Made by a program: the position numbers and the translations under genes. Under the pieces are notes generated by a model that was given only the letters and a program-made list of their open reading frames with translations, did not search any database and had not been told where the DNA came from. Of a DNA stretch of 64,000 bases, positions 50,204-63,545 are shown one piece after another (the first letter of the stretch is position 1; every line of letters begins with the position of its first letter). The stretch lies in assembly GCF_004010195.1 (NCBI RefSeq), contig NC_057751.1:14877398-14941397 (forward strand). The letters run 5' to 3'. The stretch comes from Chiloscyllium plagiosum. Taxonomy: Eukaryota.

Positions 50204-53200
50204 CAAAGAGTTTCTACAAATACAGTAAAGGCAAAAAGAGTATCCAGAGGGAGAATTCGGCCCCCATAAAGATGCAAAAAACCGGTGTGAGATGCCAAAT
50301 AAGTATTTTACACTTGCATTTACTGTGTAGAAGTATTTACAGGTAGACAGAGTTGTGAAGAAAGTGTTTTGTACACTTACCCTTATTGGTCAATGCATTG
50401 AATATAGGAGAGGATGTCATGTTGAGGCTGTACAGTGGACATTGGTTAGGCCACTTGTGGAATACCCACATTCAGTTCTGGTCTTCTTACTGTTGGAAAG
50501 ATGTCAAACTTGAAAGGATGCATCTACTGTGGAAACTAGAGAACTTGGAGAAATGAACAATGATATCTTGAAAAGTGTCCATGTTACAGAGAAGGTGCCT
50601 AAAGGTGGATAAATTCCTGGGACCTGGTCAGGTGTATCCGAGAACTTTGAGGGAAGGTGGTCAGGAAAAGCCAAGGAACTATAAACCAGTGAGCCTGATG
50701 TCAGTGGTGGGTAAGTTGTTGGAGGGGATTATGAGGGAGAGGATTTACATGTATTTAGAAAAGCAAGGACTGATTAGGGATAGTCAACATGGCTTTGAGT
50801 ATGGGAAATCATGTCTCACTAACTTGATTGGGTTTTTGAAGAAGTGACAAAGAAGAGTGATGAAGATAGAATGGTGGACGTTGTCTATATGGACTTCAGC
50901 AAGGCATTCAATAAGGTTCTTCATGGTAGACTGGTTGGCAAGGTTAGATAACTTGGAATCCAGAGAGAAGTAACCATTTGGATACAAAATTGGCTTGAAG
51001 GGAGGAGATGGAGGGTAGTGCTGGAGGGTGGCTTTTTGGACGAATGGTCTGTGCTGCGAGGAAGGTGCTGGGCTCACCACTTTTTGTTATTTATGTAAAT
51101 GAATTGGATGTGAATGAGAGGACGAATTGTTAGTAAGTTTGCAGAGGACACAAAATTGGTGGTGTAATGGAGAATGAGGAAGTTTATCTCAGAGTAGAGT
51201 GGGACCTTGTTCAGATGAGCTGAGAAGTGGCAGATGGAGTTTAAGATGGCGATAATGTTGAGATGTTGCAATTTGGTAAAGCAATCAGGGCAGGACTTTT
51301 ACACTCGATGATAATATCCTGCTGAGTGTTACCAAACAAAGAGACTTTGGGGTGCAGGTTCACATTTCCTTAAAGGTGGAGTCACAGGTCGATGGGGTAA
51401 TGAAGAAGGCATTTGGTACACTTGCCTTTATTAGTACGTGCATTAAGGAAAAGAGTTAAAATGTCATATTGTGGCTTTACAAGACATTGGTTAGGCTACT
51501 TTTGGAATACTGTGTTCAGTTCTGGTCTCCATGACATAGGAAACTGAAGAACTCAACATGGAACATTGTTCCAAGTTAATGAGTTTGCTAGTTCAATAGA
51601 GCCCAGTACCATATCACACTGTTATTGACTGAGCTCATTGGAGAGGAATGGGCAGGAGTTTGAAATTAGGGTCAAAATAAGAAGCTGCACACAGCAGAAA
51701 TGTACTCACTAACCTATCATGTTGCTTATCTGTTATCTGGACTGAAACCTCAATAGCCATGTTCACTGTCTATCTTATCAGTTCTGCAGTTTATGTACCT
51801 TAATCATCGGGGTCATCATATTTTTCTAGCAGTGGCTTGATATCATTTGACTGATCTTCACAGCAGCTATAATTTTCTGAACCACCCTCAATGAGGAACA
51901 GAACATGACGATCTCAATTTCTCTCTTTTCATCCTGTGTGGTTTGCACTATGAAGTTCTGCAGTATCCCAAAGTCAAACATTACATTTCACTGCTTACAG
52001 TGAAATACAAGTGCTATTGAACAGAAGGTAGTTCCTCGAGTCTACTCTGTTATTCAATAAAATATGATTTTGGCCTTATTTCCACTTCCCTGTCTGCTCT
52101 CCCACAACCATTGACTTCCTTGAAGGTCAGTGTCCATTGGCATCCTGTGCCAATGTTCTCCCCATCTCCACACCTTGCATCCTTTACCAGTCTTGCTGTT
52201 TTGAGCATACAACAGATGCTGGGATTCAGGATCCAACTCTGGTCTGTTGTCACAACTGCAGCATCTACTCCATTTCTCGTGCATTAATTTTGATTGCCAT
52301 GAATATAGTGAAGGCCCAGGCCACAGGCTGCTGTCGTGTTGACCGCTGTGGTTCCTGCCATGTAACTCAGCTAGTTTGCCCTTTGACTTCCAGTAATCGT
52401 TCACTCTGCTTGACCATGGCTCATCCTCTCATCCAATTGGCTGATAAACATTCTCCCTCTATTTCCTGCCCTTATAACTACAAAAAAGAGAGTAAAAAAG
52501 TGGTCAAGATGTCCTGAAAGGCAGAGTAGCAGTGGATATATAAAGGTGCTGCTACTGGGAAATACAAAGTGTTCGAACATAGAACAGTATAGCACAATAA
52601 TGGCCCTTTGGCCCTCGATGTTGTACCGGCTTTTTATTCTACACGAAGATCAGACTAACATACATATTCTTCATTTTACTAACTTCCATGGACCTAGCCA
52701 AGAGTTGCTTAAATGCTCCTAATGTATCTGACAATAGTTTCCCTTCCAAGATAATGTACATGATCTTTGTACATCTTCTTTGCATCTTCTCCAGCATCTC
52801 TGCATTCTTTTTAATTACAAAGTAAGGAATAGCAGGAGTAGGTAATGTGGTCTTTCTAAGCCACTCCAATATTCAGTAACAGCAAAGCCAATCTTCAACT
52901 TTTACTTTACTTTTTTATGTCATCCTTATCTTTTTTGATTCCCTTAAAGGCCAGAGATTGTTCACAATCATTGATCTCGGTTTTGATATACTAACAAAAA
53001 ATCCATAGGTGACTGTAATAGAGAATTCTGAAAAATCCATAACTCTCTGAATGAAGAAACATCTTTTCATCTCAGTCTTTTATAGCAGTTCCTGAAACTT
53101 GACACTAATTTCGCAAGGAGAAAGTGAGGAATGCAGATGCTGGAGACCTGAAGAAGGGCTTAAGCCCGAAACGTCGATTCTCCTGCTCCTCAGATGCTGC

Positions 53201-54529
53201 CTGGCCTGCTGTGTTTTTCCAGCAACCAATTTCTGCAACACAGAGACAGGGACACAGTAAATGTGGTTGAACTAAATTTCACTTAAGTACCCTGTATTTC
53301 AATTCTGCTCCTCTCAAAATCAGCCCCAAAATGCTGTTTCCATTTTTGGTGGCCCTTGTTCATCCAATTACTTAGTTTTCATATATTCAACCTTGTTACT
53401 CTGAAACATAATTCTGAAGAAGGACATTGAAAAAAAAATTGGATTATTACTTTTTTACATTGCGCTGGTGTCTGCAAATTGTCGAGTTTAATCTTGCCTG
53501 ATTTGTGATTGCAAATCCTTCATTACTATTAAATTTCTGTTTGCTAAATAATGTTCAGAGTCTTGAGTACTCAAAGAGTCAATATACACAACTACAGCCT
53601 CAGTTGTGGATGTGATGTGAGTTAGAGGAAAGACAGTAGCAGTATATTGTGTTACAAAAGTCAAAAAAAGCTTGCAAGGCTGAATAGCTGTTGAGGCTGA
53701 ATATAGAATCCATGCACAATTCGCAAAACACAAGGTGCAGCGGTATGACCATGGCTGCATCACTCTGGGAACAACCTGAGTGGAGACTTGATACAAGATG
53801 CAGAGATCCATAATTATTAATGGCCTGAGTTTCCTGAACAACGAACAGGATGGTTATTTACTTTCCAGCTCGTCAAACCCATTCTATAACATGTCATCAC
53901 TGCCTTGCCCACCAAGACCACAGAGCTGGTATTGAGGTCACAATCCTGACCATCCAAATGTGGTACATTTCACACCCACACTCAGTAGATGAGTCACCTG
54001 ACAGCAGAACTGTGTCAAAGAAAAATAGCCCAAAAGTTAATGCAGACAATGAAAGACTGAGAAGATATGTTTATGATTGAAGATACCAAACCTCTGTGAT
54101 CATCACTGAAGATACAAAGTCAAGGTTGGTAAGCGATTTGAATCAGTTTCTGACCATCCTTTTGCAATTCCTATAGGTTTGTTTCACTGTGATCTCTATT
54201 ATATGTTCTGCCAAGAACAATCTAATTTGAACTTGTGTCTGTCACCATTATCTTCATGACTAACAATAACAGTATCTTGTGTCTTTAAAATGCCAAACAA
54301 TGGGGCTGGTGTTCTGATGTCAGATTACTGCACCATGTTGGGGACAGCAATTGATGTAATCTACCTGGAGGAATGGATGATGTTGAATTACACAAAATGC
54401 TTTGCTTTTTATTGATCACTTTCATGAATAAGAAAATCAAGTTCAGGAAAATAAAAGTTGGTGGGTTTTCCAATGACACCTCTGAGTTTTTAATCTCCAT
54501 AAGTAATTCTCAGATAGCAAAAATCAAAG
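50204..54529 (+). repeat. Tandem segmental duplication, copy 2 (~4.3 kb; extra 52304-53059)
   Basis: Colinear with copy 1 apart from scattered substitutions, small indels and a 756-bp block. Confidence 0.97.
53118..53232 (+). mobile_element. Penelope-derived fragment with minimal hammerhead-ribozyme-like core
   Basis: CTGAAGA-A-GGGC-TTAA-GCCC-GAAAC-GTC preceded by an inverted terminal piece gagaaagtgagg.atgcagatgctggaga. Confidence 0.7.
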
Positions 54530-56992
54530 TTTTAGGGATTTTAGAAATCTTAGCAGGCGATCTGTGCAGAGTGATTTAATCGTGATGAAGAACAAATAAA
54601 TAGGAAAGGATATAGTAATCTTCATAATTATCTTCAATGTCGTCATCTCTAGTCTGTGGGGTGTGGGCATCATTGGCAAAGATGGCAATTGTTCCCCATC
54701 CCGAACCTCCCTTGAAATGGGCAGCTTAGCCATTTCAGAGGGCAGTCAAAAGTCAATCTCCTCAGTGGTTATGAGTCACACATAGGCCAGGAAAGGATGG
54801 CAGGTTTCACTCCTTAGGAAATTAGTGAACCAGATGTCTTTTGTTAAAGCATCAAATCAATGACAGTTTCGTGGCCACCATCAGTTTCAATTCCGGGTAT
54901 ATTGATTGAATTTAAAGCTCAGCAGCTGCAGGGGTGGGTTAATCACTTACTGTGCAATGTCACTTGATCGTTAAACTTCACGAAAAAATCCCCTCCCTGA
55001 ATCCAGAGGCAGGATGGCATTATTAATGGAGTACTTGAGTAGATATCCTTACCTGTGGCATATCCATATCCTGTGCCACTAAACATAAGAAATTTGCCAA
55101 TTTGATTCCTGGAACATGCTCTGTTATTCAGTCAGATCATGAGTGAACTGGTTGCAGTCATTATTCCAACTTCCTGCCCAGCTTGACTTACCCCATAATT
55201 ATTGATTTCTTTTTAGATTGTTTTGTCTGTATTGTCTGCCGCTGTTATCCTTCTATAATAATCTTACTCCTCTGTATATCCAGGATCAGACTGAGGGAGA
55301 AAGTGAGGGACAGCCAACTCACCCTCAGATCATTGTTTAGTACAGTTCTCGCATGATGTTCTTACTCAATCGACTTTTGTACTGACGTTGGTTAGCGATT
55401 GTTCATGATTCATTGATGGGTTACTAGTGTAATTTATCTCTGTACTGCAATGTTATTGCTATAGATTTAACTGTTGGAATCCATTTCCCTGCAGTGAGGA
55501 TGAACAAAGCCTCTGCTTCATGCGCATTCCTTAAGTTCCAGCCCTCACACATCATTGCTCAGAACCCCGTACTGCAAATACTTAGCTGGAATTTGTCTCA
55601 AGTTGTCACTTGAATTGCTCAACAGTGTTCTTTCAGTATGCGCAGAGGAAACAACTGTGACTGCATGCTTAGGTCCAGCATTACCAGGTTAACAGCTCCC
55701 GCTGAAATACAGACTATGCTAACTTAACTTGGAATGATTGCTGAGATGGGTGTGGAAGGCTGCTTAGATTGAGTGAGGGAGAGGTATGATCCTCAAGTTC
55801 TGGTCTCCACTGTTGCTGAGTCAGTTATTGTCTGATAGGCAGGAGTTTGGCCTTTGTGCCTTTTATTCCAGATAGGATAATCTAGGCTCCTGCTCCTAAT
55901 GGAGATCACAGCGATTTGGTGGCTGTACCTCATGCATACTCCCCTCACTCCAATAGTGTGCAGACAATATGGGCCCATACATGAAAAATGGACACAATGG
56001 TGGGCTATCAAAAGGTGGCTGGTGTCCCAGGGGCTCAGAACGTGAGGCACTGCGGACAGGACAGGAGGACAACCTGCAGGAGATAATGGCTCCTTGTGCC
56101 TGTATCTTAACTCACACCAAGTCCCATTTGCCCATCACAATACGTATTGTCTTTTTGATCGAATCATACACTTAACTTGGAGGCATGTGTCGTGAAGATT
56201 CATTAGATTGCTTCCTGCAAAAGAGGGTTTCCAAGGATGAGAAGTTGAGTAAATTGAACTGATACCTGAGCAGTTCAGAAGTTTTCGAGGTGATCTGTTT
56301 GAACATAGATGACTCTGAGGAGGCTTGATTGGATAAAGGGTATTGCCCTTGGCTGAGGAATCCAGAACACAGAGCACAGTCGAAGGATAAAAAGTCACAG
56401 AGTCATACGGCACTGAAACAGACCCCTCAATCCAACCTGTTCATGCCGACGAGGCATCCTAAACTGAACTAGCAAAATCTGCAACTTCATGGCCTGGCAT
56501 ATTCCCATTCTACCATTATCATCAAACCAAAAGGCTGATTCATCGTGGATGGGGATGAGGAGAAATACCTTCACTCAAAGGATCATGAATCTTTGGAATC
56601 GTCTTCCCCACAGTGCTTTGGATATTCAATTGCTGAGCATACTCAAAGCAGGGGATGATAAAATTTTTAGACTTTGACTCTCATCAAATCCTGATTGGGA
56701 AATGATTCTCTTTTAAAATTTTCATCCTTGTTTTCAACCATCTCCATCGTCTTGTCCCAACTTATCTCATCTCAAAATCCACAATCCTCCAAAATATTTG
56801 CACTCTTCCAATTGCAGGTTCTTGTGGGCTTCTGAACACAGCTCCATTGGTGACTGTGCCACTGGTATCCTCAGCTCTGAGCTCTGTAGTTCTCTCTGGA
56901 AATATTTTGATGTCTTTCCTCCTCTAAGGTGATCCCTCTAACCTGTGGCCAAGCCTTGGGTCACTTGCCTCCTTGGGTGGTTCAGTATCAAT

Positions 56993-57800
56993 GTTTGATT
57001 TGATTTATTGTTGTCATATGAACTGAAATACAGTGAAAAGTGTTGTTTTGTGCGCTCTACAGGAAGATCGTACCATACAAAGTGCATCAGCCAGCAAACC
57101 AGAGTGTAGAAAATAGTATTACAGCTGGAGGAAAGATGTAGAGAGAGAGATTATGTGTTTGTGGGAGAGAAAGAGAGAGAGAGAGAGAGACAGAGAGATG
57201 GCAATATTAACATTCGAGATGTCTGTCCAAAAGTCTGATAACAGTGGGAAAGAAGCTGTTCTTGAATCCGTGTAAGTGTATTCAAACTTTTATATCTTCT
57301 GCCCAACAGAAGAGGATGGAAGAGAGTATAACTGGGGTGGGAGGGGTTTTTGATAATGTTGGTTGATTTCTTGCAGCAGTGGGAAGTGCAGCTGGAGTCA
57401 ATCGATGGAAGATTCGTTTGTCTGATGGATTGGGTTGTACTCACAACTCTCTGTAGTTTTTGGGGTCTTGGGAATAGCAGTTGCCATACTACCCTGTGAT
57501 GCATCCAGATAGAATGCTTTCTGTCCTGTACCTGTAAAAATCAGTAAGATGTTTTGTGGATATGCTGAATTTCCTTAGCATCCTGAGGAAGATGAGGCAT
57601 TGTTGTGCTTTCTTGGGTGTTGTGTTGATGTGGGTGGACCAGGACAGATTGTTAGTGATCATCATTCCCGTGATGCTCTGGACAATCTCCACCTTAGCAC
57701 CATTGACGCAGACAGGGGCATGCCAACCACTCTACTTCCTGAAGTCAAAAACCAGTTCCTTCATTTTGCTGAAGTTGATGAAGAGATCATTGTCTGATAA
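56993..57800 (-). mobile_element. Rex1/Babar-type LINE 3' fragment
   Basis: NNLSWSTHI...KKAQQ.L.FLR.LRKF...FYR..ESILSGCIT, NIIKNPSHPSYTLFHPL..GRRYKSL; (ATCAA)n tail. Confidence 0.85.
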
Positions 57801-58234
57801 ACATCCCTGTGAAGCATCTTGAGCAATTTTATCATAATAGGGGCACTACACAAATACAAGCTGCTGTGACAGTCAGTGTGAGACAGGTGTAATTGCTGCA
57901 TGAATTTATCTCGCCCATTGTCTTGTTTAGAATCTCAACATGAGTAGTTAGAGAGATTTTCTGAGCTTGTCCTAACATGCTATCAGAATGGATCAATCAT
58001 TGCTTTGGCCTGGGGATGATGATGCTGCTGACTCTTGGATCTCCATTTGTGCCAGCCAGTGAAAACTTGTTTTTAAGTTTCTTTGAGGAATTCTAAGCCT
58101 TTGAAATATGGGCACCCAGGCTAACCAGATCATACCCATAGTCCTGAAGGTCTCTCTCTCTTTCTCTCTCTCTGACTGTCTCTAACTAGGCACTCTCCAC
58201 TGGTCCAGCAAAGGTACATATACTTGGATCACTA

Positions 58235-58740
58235 AAAATGCTTTTCATCTTGCACTCTTTGTCAGGAAAAATATGTAAGTGCCAAATTTCAAACAACGAT
58301 GATAATTAATACTACAGGAAGAAAGAGTACTAATTGTTTGGCAAGTTAACTCTGATGTGTCAAGGCATGGAGAAATCACCAAGGAACTATAGGCTCACCG
58401 AGTTCTCAGGTAATATTAAATAGCTCAAGCCTTGATCACATGCTTCATGTTTGCAAAGAATGGCTCCCTATTAATGAATGTGTCACTTTCACCAAGCATA
58501 AATGATCAACATTATGAACTCAACAGATTACCTTTAAATTGATTATTGATGTAGTTATTAGCACACTAAGGATTATTCAGCAACAGCTGCTGAATCATGA
58601 AACTGCTTCCAACAATTTTGCAAAAATGAGTTACTTGAGTATGGTCTGTACTCTGCCGATTATGAACAAGCAAAGGATAATTCTGTTTGAGTCATGCAGC
58701 CATTTGTTGGGTGTCCATTGTCTATACCATACATATCCAA
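58235..58740 (-). mobile_element. Degenerate Penelope-like fragment
   Basis: Minus strand tcctgacaaagagtgcaagatgaaaagc resembles a decayed Penelope terminal motif; no intact ORF. Confidence 0.4.
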
Positions 58741-58805
58741 CAAGGATACATTTTTATCCTTGTTATGTTTAAGCCTGGGCTTGTTCTAGTTGGCGAACTG
58801 AGATC

Positions 58806-59147
58806 ATAGAATAGAATCCCTATAGTGTGGAAGCAGGCCCTTTGTCCTGTCCAGTCCACATCAACCCTCCGAAGAACATCCCACCCAGACCCACCCCCTT
58901 CTCTATCCCTGTATTTCTAATGGCTAATCCACCTGGGCTGCACATCCTTGGACATTATGGGCAATTTAGCATGGCCAATCCACCCAAACTGCATATCTGT
59001 AGTCTTTGGGAGGAAACCAGAGCACCCGGAAGATACCCACGCAGACATGGGGAGAATGTGCAAACTCCACAGAGCTTGTTGCCTGAGGGTGGAATCGAAC
59101 CAGATCTTGTGAGGCAGCAGTGCTAATCATTGAGCCACCATGCTGCC
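58806..59147 (-). mobile_element. HE1-type V-SINE
   Basis: Head, B box ggttcgattcc, V core, tail. Confidence 0.87.
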
Positions 59148-60555
59148 TATTGGAGGAGACATAATAGAACAGGAAAATGTAAATGATAAGAACAATATAA
59201 TTTATGACAACAAAAGGGGCATTGTATCATGAGCCTTTCCCAGTTATAGGAACAAAAGAGGAATTCTTGGTAAAGATAATGAATAAAACCTGAAATGTTG
59301 GACCTTTGAAATGAAAATTGAAAATGCTGGGGTGCACAATGGGCGTGGAACATCAGAAGTATTGCAAATGACGAGAGAGCCCAGAGGAAGAAGTAAAGGA
59401 ATTTTGCAGAAATCGAGTTCCTGCACAATGAATTTGCATAATTGCGTGGCATTACAACCAGGCTGAACACAGTCACTGCAGCCAAGAACAGCTTCCCTGT
59501 GGCATTTGGACTCTTTGAACTTGTTCAGTGTGTCATCCACTCGAACAACTTCCCATTCATAAATTCAAATCACTCCAATGATGTCACTCATATTGTTGAT
59601 ATTGGACTGTGAGTCACCGCACTGGAATCTAATTGGCAAAGCTGCTATCTTTCCACAAACAGCAGTAAGGTTGATCAGCCATGATCCTATTGATGACCAG
59701 ACCAGCAGCTTACTCCTGTTACTATTTCTTATGGCCTCCTCGTAAACCATGACCAGGATGGATATAACCACACGACACTTATGCCTTAATCCTGACCATT
59801 AAGACATTACCTTTGGCAGCCTCAAGTTTTGAAATTCCAATCCTTCCATGAATTCCATGTAGATGTGTTCGAGAAGGTTCTGAAAAGTTTTGTATGAGTG
59901 TTTCCAAGGATGAGAGGCTTCAGAAATGGAGATAGATTGTGGAACTTAGGACTATTCTCTTCATTTCTCGAAGATTGACAGGAAATTTAATAGAATGTGT
60001 AAAACCAAGAGGAGTTTTGACAAAGCAAATGGTGAGAAAATGTTCCTATTGGCATAAGGGTGGTGAACTTGATGAAAGAACCAGAGGTGATCAAATGTTT
60101 TATGTTGCAAGTAGTTACCAGCTGGAAAACACTGCATTAGAGTGTAGTGGAGTATAAATAATTAAGGCTTTCAAAAGGGAATTGGAACACTATCTGAAGA
60201 CAAAAGATAAGGTTTTGTGAAAGGGCAGAAGAGTGGGACTAATTCAGTTACTGTGGCAGACAGCCAGCACAGACATTTCATCAGATGATCACTGGTACAT
60301 TGTGCTGTTTATCACATCTCCTGGTGTGTAGTACTGGGTAAGGATTGTTTAAGGTCAGCCATTGCCACCAATACTTCTTTGTTTTTGCTTTGTCTTGGGC
60401 CTAACTAGTTATTAGTGGTAGATGATATACCATTGTAGAATGTCTGCTGAAGAGGCACTCTTCTCAGATAACAAGAGGGATTTTTTGCATAAGCATTATA
60501 AGTACATTTATTAGGCATAATCACTTTGACCTGAGGGAGCTGGGACGGTTACAAA

Positions 60556-61265
60556 GAGTCATAGAGACGTACAGCATGGAAACAGACCCTTTGGTCCAGC
60601 TTGTCCATGCCATCCAGATATCCGAGATAAATCTAGTCCCATTTGCTAGCATTTGACCCATATCCCTCTAAACCCTTCCTAGTCATATCGCCATCCAGAT
60701 GTCTTTTAAATGCTATAATTGTACCAGTCTCCACCACTTCCTCTGGCACCTGATTCCATACACACACCATCTTCTACATTAAAAAGTTGCCCCTTAGATC
60801 CCTTTTAAATCTTTTACCTCTCACCTAAAACCTGTGCCCTCTAGTTTTGGTCTCCTCTACACTGGGAAAAAGATCTATGGTTATTTGCCAAATCCTTGCC
60901 CCTCAAGATTTCATAAACCTCTATAAGGTCACCCCTCAGTCTTTGATGCTCCAGGGAGAATAGTCCCATCCTATTCAGCATCTCAGTATAGCACCAACCC
61001 TTCAACCCTGGCATCATCCTTGGAAATCTTTCCTGAATCCTTTCAAGTTTTGCAATATCCTTCCTACAGCGGGGAGACCAGAAATGCACACAGTATTCCA
61101 AAAGTGGCCTAATCAATCCTGTACAATCGCAATGTGACCTCCCAACTCCTATACTCAATGCGCTGACCAATCAGGTCACGCATACCAAATGCCTTCTTCA
61201 TTATCCTATCTACCTGCGAATCTACTTTCAAGGAACTGTGAGCATATACTCCAAGGTCTCTTTGA
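60556..61265 (-). mobile_element. CR1 3' fragment
   Basis: IRPLLEYCVHFWSP..LERIQERFPRMMPGL..RLRGDLIEVY; tail at 60556. Confidence 0.92.
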
Positions 61266-62059
61266 TGTGCCCTCTCCGAATGCATGACAACTCCCTGACT
61301 CCACCCACAGCGTGTGACATCAGAAGATTAGGTGGAACCAAAGTAATATGAACATTAAGCCTTTCAGAACCATCACCAAATATGATAGATATCCTGGGCT
61401 GAATGGTCTCCTACTGTGCTATAACCATTCCATCATTTATCATCTCCAAGTCCAGATTATTGCCGTCTTCTGAAACAGTCTTTTTGTGCCTGTCTTGGCT
61501 CTTTACTGAGCCCTCAATGGCTCAGCTTTTAGCTGTCTTTGCCCTATGTTCTAAATTTCCTTTGCTGAACCTCTCCACCTCCCCCCTCCCCCATAACACC
61601 CTCCATTTAAGGTGTTTGATGTCATTTTCTAATTATATATGGATTCTGCTGCAATAGTGAAGGTGAATAAAGTGCAGCCTCAGATTCTTGGCATTTTTCT
61701 GCATTGACTAATGAAGTGGCACTTGCTGAGCTACAGGCACATGCTTTAAACAAAGGTGCAGCTCAGTCAATGTGTTGATCAATAACGAGTGAATGGTATC
61801 GAGGGAGGAACATCTGTTGTTGCGAAATACTCTCTGTTCACTGCCTGCTGGGTGTGGCTGGTTTCTGTGGTTTGCAGCTTGCCACACAGTACAAAACAGT
61901 GTGGTCAAGAAATACAGGGTGGGCAGATATCACTTGTCCAGCTGGAACATATGGTGTCACACTCGGTAAATGGTTTGAAATCCTGACCGACTCTTGCTCA
62001 TGATAAGATTTGGCAGGTGGTGGAGGTGCTGGGGGTTCATAATTCATTTGTTTTCTCGT

Positions 62060-63545
62060 TCTTCACATTTCCACAATGCCTTTTCCCACTTCAGGATGTC
62101 TCAAAGCTCTTTTCTAGTCAAGTTGTAATGTAGGAAATACGGTACCCATTTTGTGCACAGCAAGCCCTCACAAACAGCATTGAAATAAATGGTCAGATGT
62201 TCTTTGTTAGGTGGTTGGCAAGGTGGCACAGTGGTTAGCACTGCTGCCTCACAGTGCCAGAGACCTGGGTTCAATTCCTGTCTCAGGCAACTGTCTGTGT
62301 GGGTTTCCTCCGGGTGCTCCGGTTTCCTCCCACAGTCCAAAAATGTGCAGGTTAGGTGAATTGGCCATGCTAAATTGCCTGTAGTGTTAGGTGAAGGGGC
62401 AAATGTAGGGGAATGGGTCTGGGTGAGCTGCTCTTTGGAGGGTCGGTGTGGACTTGTTGGGCCGAAGGGCCCGTTTCCACACTGTAAGTAAGTTAATCTA
62501 ATATCCTGTTCTTCTTCAAATATTATCCATTTTCACCCATTGAGCGGACAGATGGGATGTTTGATCCCAGTGTAATGTTTGATCCACAATTCAGTGCATC
62601 CAATAGTGCAATCTTCCCTCAGTGCTGTCCCAGGAACAGTGCATTGTTCCATCAGTGCCGACCAGCAATAATGAGATGTTTCCTCAAAACTGACCATCCA
62701 GTTGTGCAACACTTTCTCAGGACTAACTTTCCAACACTGTAGCACTCCCTCAGTACTGTATCTGCAACAATGAAATGTTGCCTCGGTACTACTCCTCCAA
62801 CAGAGCAATACTTCCTCAATGCTATCCTTGCAACAATGCGATGCTCCCTCAGACTTCTACTTCAACAGTACAGCAATGCCTCAATGCCTCTCTTCGCACA
62901 GTTCAGTCCTCATGGTACGTTCCCTCAATCCTGCCCTCCGAAGATTGCAACACTCCCTCAAACCGTTCCTGCAACATTGCTCTTCCAATACTTTATTCTG
63001 AGAGTGCACCATTCCCAAAGTGCTGGTCAGGGATGAGGACAAAGGTATATCAGGGTCCAATAACTGGAACGTGGGGCTATTGGGGCCTGTTGAGCTTGGA
63101 TTGGGGCCAGGACTGTTGTGCTCAGCTTGTGGACAGGGCCACTTGGCTCATGCTGGTTTGGGGCCAAGGCTGGAGATCTGGGCCTTTAGCAGCACCAGGC
63201 CCCATGATTTCTGTTTCTGCACTTACAATGGTTGTGTGCTCCCTCAATGCTGCTCCTGTAACGGTGCAGCATTCATTGAGTACTGTCACTGCAGTAGAGC
63301 AGATCTCCCTTAATACTCCCTTCGACACTGTAGTGTTGGCTAGATACTGATCCTCCAAGTGTGTAACACTCTTAATATTACTCCTCCAACAGAGCAGCAA
63401 GCCCTCAAAACTGACCTTCTGACAGCAGTATTCTCTCAGTACTGTTGGAATATCAGCCCAGTACCTCTGTTGTAGTTGCTGGAACTTGAATCTACAACCT
63501 TTTAGTTCAGCAGTTAGAAGGCTATCAACTGAGCCACACAGGGAC
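62060..63545 (-). mobile_element. DeuSINE with internally expanded ~33-bp tandem array, interrupted by an HE1 SINE
   Basis: tRNA-like head near 63540 (gtggctcagttg...agattcaagttcc), repeated ctccaacagtgcagcactccctcagtactg-like units 62590-63450, Deu 3' part at 62503-62590 and 62060-62214. Confidence 0.7.
62215..62502 (+). mobile_element. HE1-type V-SINE nested in the DeuSINE
   Basis: ggtggcacagtggttagc, gggttcaattcc, V core, tail. Confidence 0.9.
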
